64,000 nt of DNA from Akkermansia muciniphila (GTDB taxonomy: Bacteria > Verrucomicrobiota > Verrucomicrobiia > Verrucomicrobiales > DEV007): NCBI GenBank assembly GCA_945883495.1, contig CAMCXS010000026.1, positions 1 to 64,000 on the forward strand, in the 5' to 3' direction. The translations under genes were made by a program, and so were the position numbers. The notes below the pieces were generated by a model. It was not told the origin of the DNA and did no database searches. It saw only the letters and a program-made list of their open reading frames with translations. Positions within the stretch are counted from its first letter, which is position 1. The number at the start of each line of letters is the position of its first letter. Below, one piece after another: positions 27,173 through 37,000 of the stretch.

Positions 27173-29569
27173 CTAGGCAAATGCCAGCTCAGCGCCTGAG
27201 GCCGCCGCCGCTTCTTTGACCGCCGCTCCTTTGGTTTCCTCCTGAAGTTGAAGGTCTTTGAAAGGACTCGCGGCGCTCCACTTGTGAGTTTCCGCGTTCG
27301 CGCGAGCGGGAGACGGAATCCAGCGACTGGCGCTCGGCGGTTTGGGGACGTTCGGCGGGGCGTTGTGGCTTGGTGGTGGATTGGCGTGTGGTGGTATTTT
27401 CGGGACGGGTGGTGCTTTCAGGGCGGGTGGCTGGGCGCTGGGTTTGGCCTTGTGCGGTTTGTTTTGTTTCAGGCTTCTCCGCTGGTTGCCAGCCGCCGCC
27501 TTCACCGGTGTTGGTGCTCCAGTTGCCGTCGGCGTCCTTTTTGTAAACGTTGCCGTTGCGTGCCGCATAGACGTTGTCGTTTTTGGTTTTGGCGACGGCT
27601 CCTTGGCCTTGATTGGTGTCCCATGCGGCGGCGCCGGTGCCTTCGGTGGTGCGGACTCCTGCGGCGCTGCCTTTTTCGCCGGAGGCACCGCGTGCGGCGA
27701 CTCCTTTTTCCGTGTAGGGATTGTAGGCGCGGCCTGCTGTGGCGGTGCCGTTGGGGGTGGCGCGGTAGCCTTTGGCGGCGTATCCGCCGGTGTAGGGATT
27801 GTAAGCGGCGCGGTATCCGGCGCTGCCGTAGGGGCCATAGGCGTAGGCACCCGCGCGTAGGTGCCGGTGGCCGGGTTGTATGCCGCGGCGTATCCGGCTC
27901 CGCCATACGGGCCATACACGCTGCTCGCCGCGCCGTAGTAATAGCCGCCGTAGCCGTGGTGGTAAACCGCTCCGCAGCCATAGGAGTAATAGGCCGGGTA
28001 TGGGTAGCAGTAGTGGACGTGGCTATCGTTAATGAGGTCTGCGGCGACTAGCCCAGCTCCGAACATCAGCACGCCGGTGGCGGCAACATACTCGCCGCTG
28101 TAGCCGGAGGTCTGGGTGTAAACGACGGTGCCGGGGGTGGATTCCTTGACGGTCACGTAGGTGACATTGTGCGCCGGGCTGGATGCGGGGATGGTGTAGA
28201 TCGCTTTCGGAACATCCGTGCACCAAGCCCAGGGGCCGGTGGCGGTTTTGGCGGAAAACCAGACGCCCTCGTCGCAGCAGTAGTAGCCGTTATCAACGAG
28301 GAACACCGAGTAGGGCGAGTTGACGGCGTATTTCACCGTGGTGGTGGGGATGGGCTGGAAATTCGGCTCGCCCTGATAGGTCACCACGAGGGTCGGCGGC
28401 TTTTGGGAATCGACGTAAGTGGATTGCGGCACGGAGGCGAGCAGCACGGCGTCCGCGGCTTCGTCGGTGCCGGGAACGGTGGACTTGACGAAGGCGAGCG
28501 GGTGGTCGTCGGGGATTTTCGCAAAATCCTCGGGCAGGTCGCTGCTGGCGGCACTCCACGGGCCATCGAGTTTGGCGGCGCGGAACCAGCGGCCTGCGGC
28601 TTGGTAGTAGAATTTTCCACCGGCTGAATCGAGGATCAGCAGGCTTTCGGTGTTGGTGATCTCCAGCAGCTTGGTCTGCGGGATGGGATCGTATTGCGGC
28701 TGGCCGGCGGTGAGCACCAGCTCGGCGGGCACTGTGCTGGCGATGACGCGCGCTGCGGCGGCGGATTTCTTCGCGGGCACGTGCTTGCGGACTTCCGCCC
28801 AGTTTTCGTCCTCCGGCAGTTTGCTCAGCCGCGCGGGGAGGGACTCGGCGGCAGTCCACGGGCCTTCGGCGGATTGGCTGGTCAACCAGTGTTCGCCGTT
28901 CAGGAGGAAATAGCTTTTGCTGGCGGGTTCGTAAAACACGTCCCAGTTCGTGTTGACGGCAAACATGAGGTCCGGCTCGGCGGCGACGACGGGCTTGAAC
29001 TGCGGCTCGCCCATAAAAATCACCAGCACGGCGGGGCTGTCACTGTAGTAGATCTTGGGAGGATTGAGGTTGACATCGACCTGTTTCTGCACGGAGGCGG
29101 TATCGGCATCGAGGAAAGCCAGCACGCGGTCGAGCGATACGGTGATGATTTGTTCGGGTGGGCGGAGCGCGACCATGGCTTTGAGCAGGGATACCTTCTC
29201 CGCCTCGGAGACGCCGGAGAAACGGACATCCCGTTTGGTGGCGAAGAGTTGAACAGTGCGGGCTTGTTGGTCAACGAGAGTGCGGGCCTCGATCTCCGCG
29301 ACGCCGAACTTGGGTTCCGCGAGGACGCCCTCGATCTCGATGGCGCAACGAATTTTGATGACGGAGTAGTCTTTCCACTCATCGACCTGCGGTTGGTAGA
29401 TGGTGAGCTTCTTGTTGTCCTGGACGTGTTGGCGCGGCCAACCGGGATCGGCGGGCGCGGTGGTTTCCCCGGTGGTAATGCCGAGCGATGCGAGGAAAAG
29501 TCCTGCAGCGAGCGGCAGCAGGCGAGGGATGCGCCGCAGTGGCGTGGTTGGGGTTGATGTGTTTTTCAT
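27173..29569 (-). CDS. large secreted repeat protein with Tyr/Gly-rich and Pro/Ala/Thr/Lys-rich tail (hypothetical)
   Basis: Signal peptide. Three or more copies of a roughly 70-aa module (..YQGEPQFKPV.., ..YQGEPNFQPIP.., each ending ..GPW(S/T)AA..). A YG-rich block (HYCYPYPAYYSYGCGAVYHHGYGGYYYGAASSVYGPYGGAGYAAAY) is followed by about 230 aa of P/A/T/K low-complexity sequence. Confidence 0.65.
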   Translation of the reverse strand: MKNTSTPTTPLRRIPRLLPLAAGLFLASLGITTGETTAPADPGWPRQHVQDNKKLTIYQPQVDEWKDYSVIKIRCAIEIEGVLAEPKFGVAEIEARTLVDQQARTVQLFATKRDVRFSGVSEAEKVSLLKAMVALRPPEQIITVSLDRVLAFLDADTASVQKQVDVNLNPPKIYYSDSPAVLVIFMGEPQFKPVVAAEPDLMFAVNTNWDVFYEPASKSYFLLNGEHWLTSQSAEGPWTAAESLPARLSKLPEDENWAEVRKHVPAKKSAAAARVIASTVPAELVLTAGQPQYDPIPQTKLLEITNTESLLILDSAGGKFYYQAAGRWFRAAKLDGPWSAASSDLPEDFAKIPDDHPLAFVKSTVPGTDEAADAVLLASVPQSTYVDSQKPPTLVVTYQGEPNFQPIPTTTVKYAVNSPYSVFLVDNGYYCCDEGVWFSAKTATGPWAWCTDVPKAIYTIPASSPAHNVTYVTVKESTPGTVVYTQTSGYSGEYVAATGVLMFGAGLVAADLINDSHVHYCYPYPAYYSYGCGAVYHHGYGGYYYGAASSVYGPYGGAGYAAAYNPATGTYARVPTPMAPTAAPDTAPLTIPTPADTPPKATAPPPTAPPQQAAPTIPTRKKESPHAVPPAKKAAPQESAPPKAPAPPHGTPIKAKEPSPKPKTTTSMRHATATFTKRTPTATGAPTPVKAAAGNQRRSLKQNKPHKAKPSAQPPALKAPPVPKIPPHANPPPSHNAPPNVPKPPSASRWIPSPARANAETHKWSAASPFKDLQLQEETKGAAVKEAAAASGAELAFA

Positions 29570-29857
29570 GAGGTAGTTGGTTGGGATGGTGGCTCTCGAA
29601 TGTGCCGATTCGGTGGCCGGATTTTGGAATCACGACTCCGCTCGTTGCTGACATTCAATGAAACCGCGACGCGGGAAGCACGGTTACAGAATAATTTTTT
29701 GTAACCTCCGCCGTCCTGCTCCGGTTCTTTTCTCGAACCCGATGCCAACTGATGATTGATGGTTTCGAGTGACCTCCCGCGCGAGAAACATCGATACTGG
29801 CTTTGGTATATTCACGAACGAAATTCCCATGCAGACTCATATCTATCAATTCCAGAG

Positions 29858-29892
29858 ATTCACGAACGGGTTAACCCGTTGCTGCGGTCGAA
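29858..29892 (+). promoter_or_regulatory. candidate ECF (sigma-E-like) promoter for the downstream ECF sigma gene
   Basis: attcacGAACgggttaacccgttgctgcgGTCGAAtct about 100 nt upstream of the ATG at 29993; compare sigma-E/AlgU-type GAAC..N16-17..TCtaA (spacer here is 1-2 nt long). The string ATTCACGAACG also occurs 48 nt upstream (29810-29820). Confidence 0.3.
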
Positions 29893-29992
29893 TCTGGCGA
29901 AGCGAAAAATTGCATTTTCAATCCGAAGAGCGGAGCTTAAAACGAGGTTGTCTGATTTGCCGTAGCCTTTACTCCATCCATTTCTCCCTGCT

Positions 29993-30571
29993 ATGTCTGA
30001 AAGCTTTCCGACCAACGACGAAGATGTTCCCTTGGTCCAGAAGGCACAAGCCGGCAATCTGGACGCCTTTGACGAACTCGTGAAAAAATATCAATCGACG
30101 ATGACAGCATTGCTCTATCGGTTCGCCCCGGATCGCGCTGACCTGGAAGATATGGTGCAGGACACCTTCGTGCGCGCTTGGAAAGGCTTGTCGCGATGGA
30201 ATCCTGAAAAGCCGTTTCTCCATTGGCTCAAGCGCATCGCCTTGAATGTGGGCTTGGAATTTTGCCGCAAGCAAAAGTGCTCGCCGTTGGGTCGTCTCGC
30301 CGATCCGAAGGAACAACCGTTCGAAAATCTGGCGGCAAATGCCAGCCCGGAGGAAGAGGTGCGCGGTGCTGTCGAAGAAGCCCAGTTTCTCCTCGCCCAG
30401 GTATCTGCGGAAGATCGCACCCTTCTCACCATGCTCTATCTGAACGAAATGCCGCTCTCCGAAATTGCCGAACATTTTGGCTGGAGCCGGGCCAACGCCA
30501 AAATCAAAGCCTTTCGCGCCCGCAACCGTCTCAAAACCATCCTCGAAAACCATGGCTATACATCGTTCTGA
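29993..30571 (+). CDS. ECF-type RNA polymerase sigma-70 factor
   Basis: 192 aa. Region 2 (DLEDMVQDTFVRAWKGL) and region 4 (LTMLYLNEMPLSEIAEHFGWSRANAKIKAFRARNRLKTIL). Confidence 0.85.
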   Translation: MSESFPTNDEDVPLVQKAQAGNLDAFDELVKKYQSTMTALLYRFAPDRADLEDMVQDTFVRAWKGLSRWNPEKPFLHWLKRIALNVGLEFCRKQKCSPLGRLADPKEQPFENLAANASPEEEVRGAVEEAQFLLAQVSAEDRTLLTMLYLNEMPLSEIAEHFGWSRANAKIKAFRARNRLKTILENHGYTSF

Positions 30572-30881
30572 CCCTTCGTCTTCGTCAACACCTCGGAAGT
30601 CTTGGCAAGAACTCGCCCGGCGAGCCGCTTGCGAATCAGCTCCGGATGACGTGGATGTGCGCACCTCTCTCCGCGCCCGCTTGGCATCCGAGCCACGCGT
30701 GGAACCCGCGATATACTCCGGCAAACCAACGCTCTGGGACGATTTGAGCGCACTGTCCGGATTGAACGGGCTGCGCTTTGCTTTGCTTGGAGGAGCCGCC
30801 TTGTCGGCCTTTTTGCTGATCGCCGGCGCACTGGCCCTGCAGGAAGTCCAGGCAATCACCTCGCTCACCAGCCCCTTCTAA
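30552..30881 (+). CDS. putative anti-sigma factor (single-pass membrane protein)
   Basis: ATG overlaps the last 20 nt of the sigma gene. About 110 aa with one C-proximal TM helix (FALLGGAALSAFLLIAGALAL). Assigned by position and topology only. Confidence 0.45.
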   Translation: MAIHRSDPSSSSTPRKSWQELARRAACESAPDDVDVRTSLRARLASEPRVEPAIYSGKPTLWDDLSALSGLNGLRFALLGGAALSAFLLIAGALALQEVQAITSLTSPF

Positions 30882-30905
30882 CGAAACCGCAACCCTTTTT
30901 TCTAA

Positions 30906-31379
30906 ATGTCATCCGCCCGCTCCGAAATCACTGATCCAAAGTCCCGCAAGCTCACTTCCCGTTGGAAGGCTCTGCTGCTGCTGTTCGTCGTCTTTTCCCT
31001 CGGGGCGGCCAGTGGAATCGGAGTGGGTGGCCTGTGGCTGAAGAAACGCGCGCAAGCCGTGCTCGCGAACTCCAATTCCACGGATGGTCCGGCCATCATC
31101 ATCTTTGACAACATGGAAGAGAAACTTACCCGCAAACTTGACCTGACTCCCACTGAGCGCGCCGCCCTGCACGAGGAATTTGACCAAGCGACTCAGGAAA
31201 TCCAGAATGTGCGAACCGAAACTTTGGAGAGCGTCCGGAAAATTTCCCAGCAGACGCTGGATCGTATCGAACAACGCCTGCCGCCGGAAAAACGCTCCCC
31301 GTTCCGGGAAGAAGCCCGCGAGACCTTGATGCCTTGGAGCCTGCTGCCGAAGGACGGCGCACCGCCTGCCGACCCATGA
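30906..31379 (+). CDS. membrane-anchored periplasmic helical protein (hypothetical; CpxP/Spy-like guess)
   Basis: TM helix (ALLLLFVVFSLGAASGIGVGG), then a helical domain with LTPTERAALHEEF and QQTLDRIEQRLPPEKR. Confidence 0.5.
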   Translation: MSSARSEITDPKSRKLTSRWKALLLLFVVFSLGAASGIGVGGLWLKKRAQAVLANSNSTDGPAIIIFDNMEEKLTRKLDLTPTERAALHEEFDQATQEIQNVRTETLESVRKISQQTLDRIEQRLPPEKRSPFREEARETLMPWSLLPKDGAPPADP

Positions 31380-31392
31380 TCTGCGTTTCAAG

Positions 31393-32883
31393 ATGAACGA
31401 TTCCATGCACAAAGACCATGAGGCACGGCTGCCAGCCGCTTTCCCGGAAGAAATTTCCCGGCGCGGTGCCGCAGTCCGCTGGCTTTCGCTTTTTTCCAGC
31501 GCTTTGCTGTTTTCCGCGTGCGCATTCGTCCCGCCGCCGGAGATCCCGGAGACCGTCGATGTCATTTCCGCTGCGCCGGGATATTCGACGAATCCCCGGG
31601 TGAAAAATGGCGTTTCCGCGGACCAGTTACTCTGGTGGCGGAAGATCGGCGGTGCCGAGTTGGCAAGCTGGGTGACGCGGCTCAAGCAGCACAACTTTGA
31701 GCTGGCCGAAGCGCGGGAACGCGTGGTGCAGGCCAATGAGTTCGCGAAGCAGGCCCGGTCTGGCCGCCTGCCGAGGGTCTCCGGGGACTTGGGCGCATCC
31801 CGGAACCGGACATCCGACCTTTTTGGCAAGTTCGACTGGGGCGACCAGTATTCGGCCGGGCTCGGGGCTTCCCTGGATACCGATATTTTCGGCGGGCTGC
31901 GTGCGGCCGAGCGCTCCGCCATCCTTTCCGCCGAGGCGGCACGGCTGAATTACATCGCCACCGAGCAGCGCAGCATCGAGGCACTGGCGCGGGCTTGGGT
32001 GGGCGCCGCAGCCCAGGGGAGCAGGCTGGCACTGGCGCGGGAAAACGCCGAGAGCTTCCGTGTCACCTACAATCTCACCGATGAGCGCCACCGTGCCGGC
32101 TCCGCGAACACCACGGCCTCCGATGTCCTCATTGCCCGGCAAAATCTCGATGCCGCACTGGCGGAAATTCCCGCCGTCGAGGCGCAATTCTCGGCACAAC
32201 TCCTCGCGATCGACCAACAACTGGCGCACACGCCCGGCACCATTGCCCGCACCTTCAAGGGCGAAATGTCCGTCTCGCCGCGCATGACCGTCCCCGTAGG
32301 ATTTCCCGCAGCCCTGCTCACCGCGCGGCCCGATGTGGCAGCGGCAGAGCTTTCCTACCGCTCCGCGCTGCAGGACGTCGGCACCGCCCGCGCTGATCTG
32401 CTGCCAAAGCTCAGCCTGAACGCCTCGCTCAGTTTCCAGAACGAAAATGCCGCGGACCTTTTCGACCTCGACCGCTACATCGCCAACCTCGCCGCATCGC
32501 TCACCCAGCCGGTTTTCCAAGGGGGACTCTTGCAGTCCCGACTCAGGGTGGAAAAATCGCGGGCGCGGGAACTTTCCACTGCCTACGCGCGCATCGCCCT
32601 CAACGCATTTTCCCAAGTGGAAACCGCGCTCGTCCGGCAATCGGGCGCGCAGCAGCAGTTGGAGCAGTTGCAGAAAACACTGCTCACTGCGGAAGACTCG
32701 AACCGCCTCGTCCAGGATCGCTACCGGCAGGGTCTGCAACCCATGCTCGCGGTGCTCGAAACCCAGCGAGGATTGAACAGCGCCAAGCAGAACATCATCG
32801 CGACGGAACAGGCTCTCCTGGAAGCCCGCATCGCCCTTCACTTGAGCCTCGGCGGAAGCTGGTTCGGTGCCACACCGGACTAG
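31393..32883 (+). CDS. outer-membrane efflux lipoprotein (TolC/NodT-family OMF)
   Basis: Lipoprotein signal LLFSAC. Typical OMF repeats (LTDERHRAGSANTTASDVLIARQNL...). 496 aa. Confidence 0.8.
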   Translation: MNDSMHKDHEARLPAAFPEEISRRGAAVRWLSLFSSALLFSACAFVPPPEIPETVDVISAAPGYSTNPRVKNGVSADQLLWWRKIGGAELASWVTRLKQHNFELAEARERVVQANEFAKQARSGRLPRVSGDLGASRNRTSDLFGKFDWGDQYSAGLGASLDTDIFGGLRAAERSAILSAEAARLNYIATEQRSIEALARAWVGAAAQGSRLALARENAESFRVTYNLTDERHRAGSANTTASDVLIARQNLDAALAEIPAVEAQFSAQLLAIDQQLAHTPGTIARTFKGEMSVSPRMTVPVGFPAALLTARPDVAAAELSYRSALQDVGTARADLLPKLSLNASLSFQNENAADLFDLDRYIANLAASLTQPVFQGGLLQSRLRVEKSRARELSTAYARIALNAFSQVETALVRQSGAQQQLEQLQKTLLTAEDSNRLVQDRYRQGLQPMLAVLETQRGLNSAKQNIIATEQALLEARIALHLSLGGSWFGATPD

Positions 32884-32925
32884 CCGCGCCCCCTGTTTCC
32901 TTAAACCTATCACCCATCCGCAGCC

Positions 32926-34062
32926 GTGAAACGATCCGCCAAACTGAAAGGACTGATTCAGATCGTCCTGGTCCTCTTGGTCCTGATCCTCGGCATCGCC
33001 GCCAACTATCTGTTCGTCCGCTCCGGTTCCGGCGTCGAACAACGCGCCACTGGCCCCGATGCGGTTCTCGTCGAGGTCATTCAACCCGAAACCATCTCCA
33101 TGGCCGTCCAGATCAAGGAAAATGGCATCGTCCAATCCCGCAACAAGGTCGGCCTGACGCCGCAAGTCAGCGGGCAGGTCGTGGAAGTCTCACCGAATCT
33201 CGCTTCCGGCGGCGTATTTGCGGCCGATGAAATCCTCTTCCGCCTCGATCCGGCGGACTACCAGGCCAGCGTCGATCAAGCCCGCGCGGATGTCTCCTCG
33301 GCCACGGCCAAGCTGCAAGTGGAAATGGCCGAGGCCGAAACCGCGCGGCGGGAATGGAAATTGGTGCATCCCGGCGAACCCATCCCAAGCCTGGTGGCGC
33401 GCGAGCCACAGATCGCCCAGGCGCGCGCCGCGCTCGAGTCCGCCCAGGCGCGGCTCGCCACTGCGGAACTGAGCCGCAAACGCGTGGCATTTTCCCTGCC
33501 ATTTTCCGGAAGGATCGTGGAAAGCACCGTGGAGCTGGGGCAGCGCCTGACCGCGAGCCAGAGTTACGGCAAGGCCTACGCGCTCGGCAATATCGAAGTC
33601 CCCGTGCCCCTCGATGCCGATATCATTCAGCGATTGAACCCGGTCGTCGGCAGGCGTGCGGTGGTGCGCATCGATGGACGCCGCGACTCCCGCGCGTTTC
33701 CCGCCACCGTCAGCCGCGTCGATGCCGAGCTGGATGCGGGCTCGCGGCTCGGGCGGGTCATCCTCGTCTTTGACGAACCGGCGGATGTCCTCCCCGGCAC
33801 CTTCGTCAACGTCGAAATCACCGGGCCGCAGGTGGAAAACGCCTTCGTCATCCCTGAGCGAGCCATGCCGGAGGCGCGGATTTGCTGGGTCGTGCGGGAT
33901 GGCCGCCTGCGTCAGCAAAAGCTCGAGTTTCTCGGCCTCACGGAGACCGGCGGCTTGACCGTGGCACCGTTTGACTTCGGCGCTGGCATCGTCGTCTCGC
34001 CACTTTCCCAACCGGCAGATTCCATGCCCGCCCGCATCGCAAGCAGGGAGGGCACCCGATGA
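32926..34062 (+). CDS. RND efflux periplasmic adaptor (membrane fusion protein)
   Basis: N-terminal TM anchor, coiled-coil hairpin, lipoyl and beta-barrel segments (HlyD/AcrA-like). Ends 4 nt into the RND permease gene. Confidence 0.8.
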   Translation: MKRSAKLKGLIQIVLVLLVLILGIAANYLFVRSGSGVEQRATGPDAVLVEVIQPETISMAVQIKENGIVQSRNKVGLTPQVSGQVVEVSPNLASGGVFAADEILFRLDPADYQASVDQARADVSSATAKLQVEMAEAETARREWKLVHPGEPIPSLVAREPQIAQARAALESAQARLATAELSRKRVAFSLPFSGRIVESTVELGQRLTASQSYGKAYALGNIEVPVPLDADIIQRLNPVVGRRAVVRIDGRRDSRAFPATVSRVDAELDAGSRLGRVILVFDEPADVLPGTFVNVEITGPQVENAFVIPERAMPEARICWVVRDGRLRQQKLEFLGLTETGGLTVAPFDFGAGIVVSPLSQPADSMPARIASREGTR

Positions 34063-37000
34063 AGGCGCAGGAAAAAGCCGCGGGCGAAGGCGTGATCGGC
34101 TGGTTTGCCCGCAATTCCATCGCCGCCAACCTATTCATGTTCGCCTTGCTGGTGGGCGGCTGGCTGACCCTCTCGCGGACAAATTCCGACCTCTTTCCCG
34201 ACATCGATCCCCGCACCATCACCATCACGGTCGTCCACGCAGGTGCCTCCCCCGAGGATATCGCCACCAGCATCAATGAGCGCGCGGAAGAGGCGGTGCG
34301 CGGCTTGAAAGGCATCGACCGCGTGAAATCCACCGCCGTCGTTGGCATGGGCACCGTCACCATCGAGATGGATGATTTCACGGACGCCACATCCGTGGAA
34401 AACGAGGTGCGCGCGGCGATCGAGAGCTTGGTGGATTTCCCGCCCAAGGAAGCCGAGGAACCGCAGGTAACCGTGACCTCGGTGGTGTCCAATGTCGTGC
34501 GCCTCGTCGTCTCCGGGGATCTGGAGGAAAACGCGCTGCGCCGCGCCGCCGAGGGATTGGAGCGCGAGCTGATCGCCCTGGACGAGGTCAGCACCGTCAC
34601 CTTGCAGGGTGCGAGGAAATACGAAGTCTCCATCGATGTTTCCCAGGCCACACTGAACAAATACGGGCTGAGCTTCGACCAGGTCGCCAACGCGGTGCGC
34701 AGCGCGTCGGTGAATCTTTCCGGCGGCACCCTCCGCACCAGCGCCGGCAGCATCCTGCTGCGCACGGACGAGGAAGTCCAGAATCCCGATGACTTCGCCA
34801 AGATCGTGATCCTCAAGGATTTCCAAGGGCGGCGGATTTTCCTCGGCGACATCGCGACCATCCAGGACGGCTTCGAGGACGCCCCGCTCTCCAACACCTT
34901 CAACGGCCTGCCCGCCGTCTTCCTGCAAGTCGCCCGGAGCGACAACGAGGACTCCATGAAAGTGGCCGATGCCGTGCGCGCCTTCCTGCGGGACTATCAA
35001 GCACCGGCGGGCATCCGCGTGGACATCGTCGGCGATCAGACGGAAATCATTCGCGACCGGATCAATCTCCTCATGCGCAATGCCATCATGGGCCTCGCCC
35101 TGGTTTTCGTCTGCCTCGCCTTGACGCTCGACCTGCGCCTCGCCTTCTGGACCTGCGTCGGCATCCCCGTTGCCTTCCTCGGCGGCTTCATCATTTTCGG
35201 GCAATTCACCACCATCAACATGACCATGCTGCTCGGCCTCATCATGGTGCTCGGCATGGTCGTGGACGATGCCATCGTGGTCGGGGAAAGCATTTACGAC
35301 GAGCAGGAAAAATCCGGTTCCGGCGTGGTCTCGGCCATCGCCGGTGTGCGCATCGTCGCGGCACCCGTCGTGGTCGGGGTGCTCACCACCCTTGCCATCT
35401 TCATGCCGCTGCTGCTGTCCAGCGGCCTGCTCGGGCAGGTTCTGCGCCCCGTGCCGATGGTCGCCATCTCCGTCCTCTTCGTTTCCCTCGTGGAGGTTTT
35501 CCTGATTTTCCCCTCGCACATGTCCCACGGCGAGAACTGGACCGTGGGCCCGATGCAAGTGCTGAAAAACGCCGTCCAGACGGGTATTTTCGCCTTTCGT
35601 GACCGTATCGTCATGCCGCTGGCCCGGTTCAGCATCCGCATGCCCTACCTCGTCATCGCCGCCGGCATCGCCATCCTCATCGCCAGCCTCGGGCTGGTCA
35701 CTGGCGGGCATCTGCGCTTCGTGTTTTTCCCATCCGTCGAGGGCGAGGAAATCAAGGTGAAACTGGAAATGCCCAAGGGCACCCCCTACGAACAAACCGA
35801 AAGCACCATGAACCGCATCGTCGAGGCCGCCTACCGCGCCGTCGGTGGGCGCGAGGGCGATCTCCACCGCAACCTGCTGGTCACCGTCGGCGGCGAGCTC
35901 GTCTCAGGCATCGGCGTCGAGGGCACACGCGTCAGCTCGGAAACAGCCACCGCCACCCTGGAACTCACCCCCGCCGGCGAGCGCGACCTCACCGCCTCCG
36001 ACATCGAAGGCAAATGGCGCGCGGAAATCGGCGAGCTCGCGGGCATCCGCAGCCTCAGCTTTTCCTCCGAGGGGCTCAGCGGCGGCGATGACATCCGCCT
36101 CAACCTTTCCCACCCCGATGAAACCATCCTCCAGCAAGCCGTGGCCGCCCTGCTCGATGAACTCAAACGCATCAACGGCGTGGCGGAAGTGCGGAGCACC
36201 AACGAACCGGGCAGCCGACAACTGGAATTTTTCCTGAAACCCGAAGGCTCCGCCGCCGGCCTCACCGTCAGTGACATCGCCAAACAAGTGCGGCAATCCT
36301 ACTTCGGCGAAGAAGTGCAGCGGCTCCAGCGCGGCGGTGAGGAAGTCCGGGTCTTCGTGCGCCTGCCCGAGAGCGAGCGCCGCAGCCTTGCTGATCTCGC
36401 CCGCCTGCGCATCACCCTGCCCAATGGCGAACTCGCCGATCTGCGCACCGTCGCCCGCGTCGAGGAATCCCGCAGCGTCGCCTCCGTCGAGCGCATCGAT
36501 GCACGCCGCGTCGTCACCGTCTCCGCGGATGTCGATGAAGCCCTCGCCACGCCGAACGAAGTCAGTGCTTTTCTCAAAACACAAGTGCTGCCCCGCCTGC
36601 ACGCCCGGTTTTCCGGGCTGGACATCGCCGAGGACGGCCAATCCCGCGATCAGGCGGAAGACATCCGCATGCTCGCCACCAACATGATGATCGGCATCCT
36701 CATCATGTATGCCCTGCTCGCCAGCCAACTCCGCTCCTACATCCAGCCCTTCACCATCCTCTTCGCCATCCCCTTCGGCGCGGTCGGCGCCATCCTCGGC
36801 CACTGGCTGCTCGGCTACGACCTCACCTTCCTTTCCCTCTTCGGAATGGTCGCGCTCGCCGGTGTGGTGGTGAACGACTCGGTCGTCCTCATCGACTACT
36901 TTAACGAACTCCGCAAAACCGAACCAGGCACCGTCCAAGAGCACATCCTCGCCGCCGTCGAGCGCCGCTTCCGGCCCATCCTGCTCACCACGCTCACCAC

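Noticed and set aside
27248-28627. Plus-strand Arg/Cys/Gly-rich ORFs (27248-28051, 27342-27860, 28169-28627) inside the 798-aa secreted-protein gene
   Set aside because: Antisense of the Pro/Ala/Thr-rich and Tyr/Gly-rich coding region, which is a typical mirror-image composition artefact.
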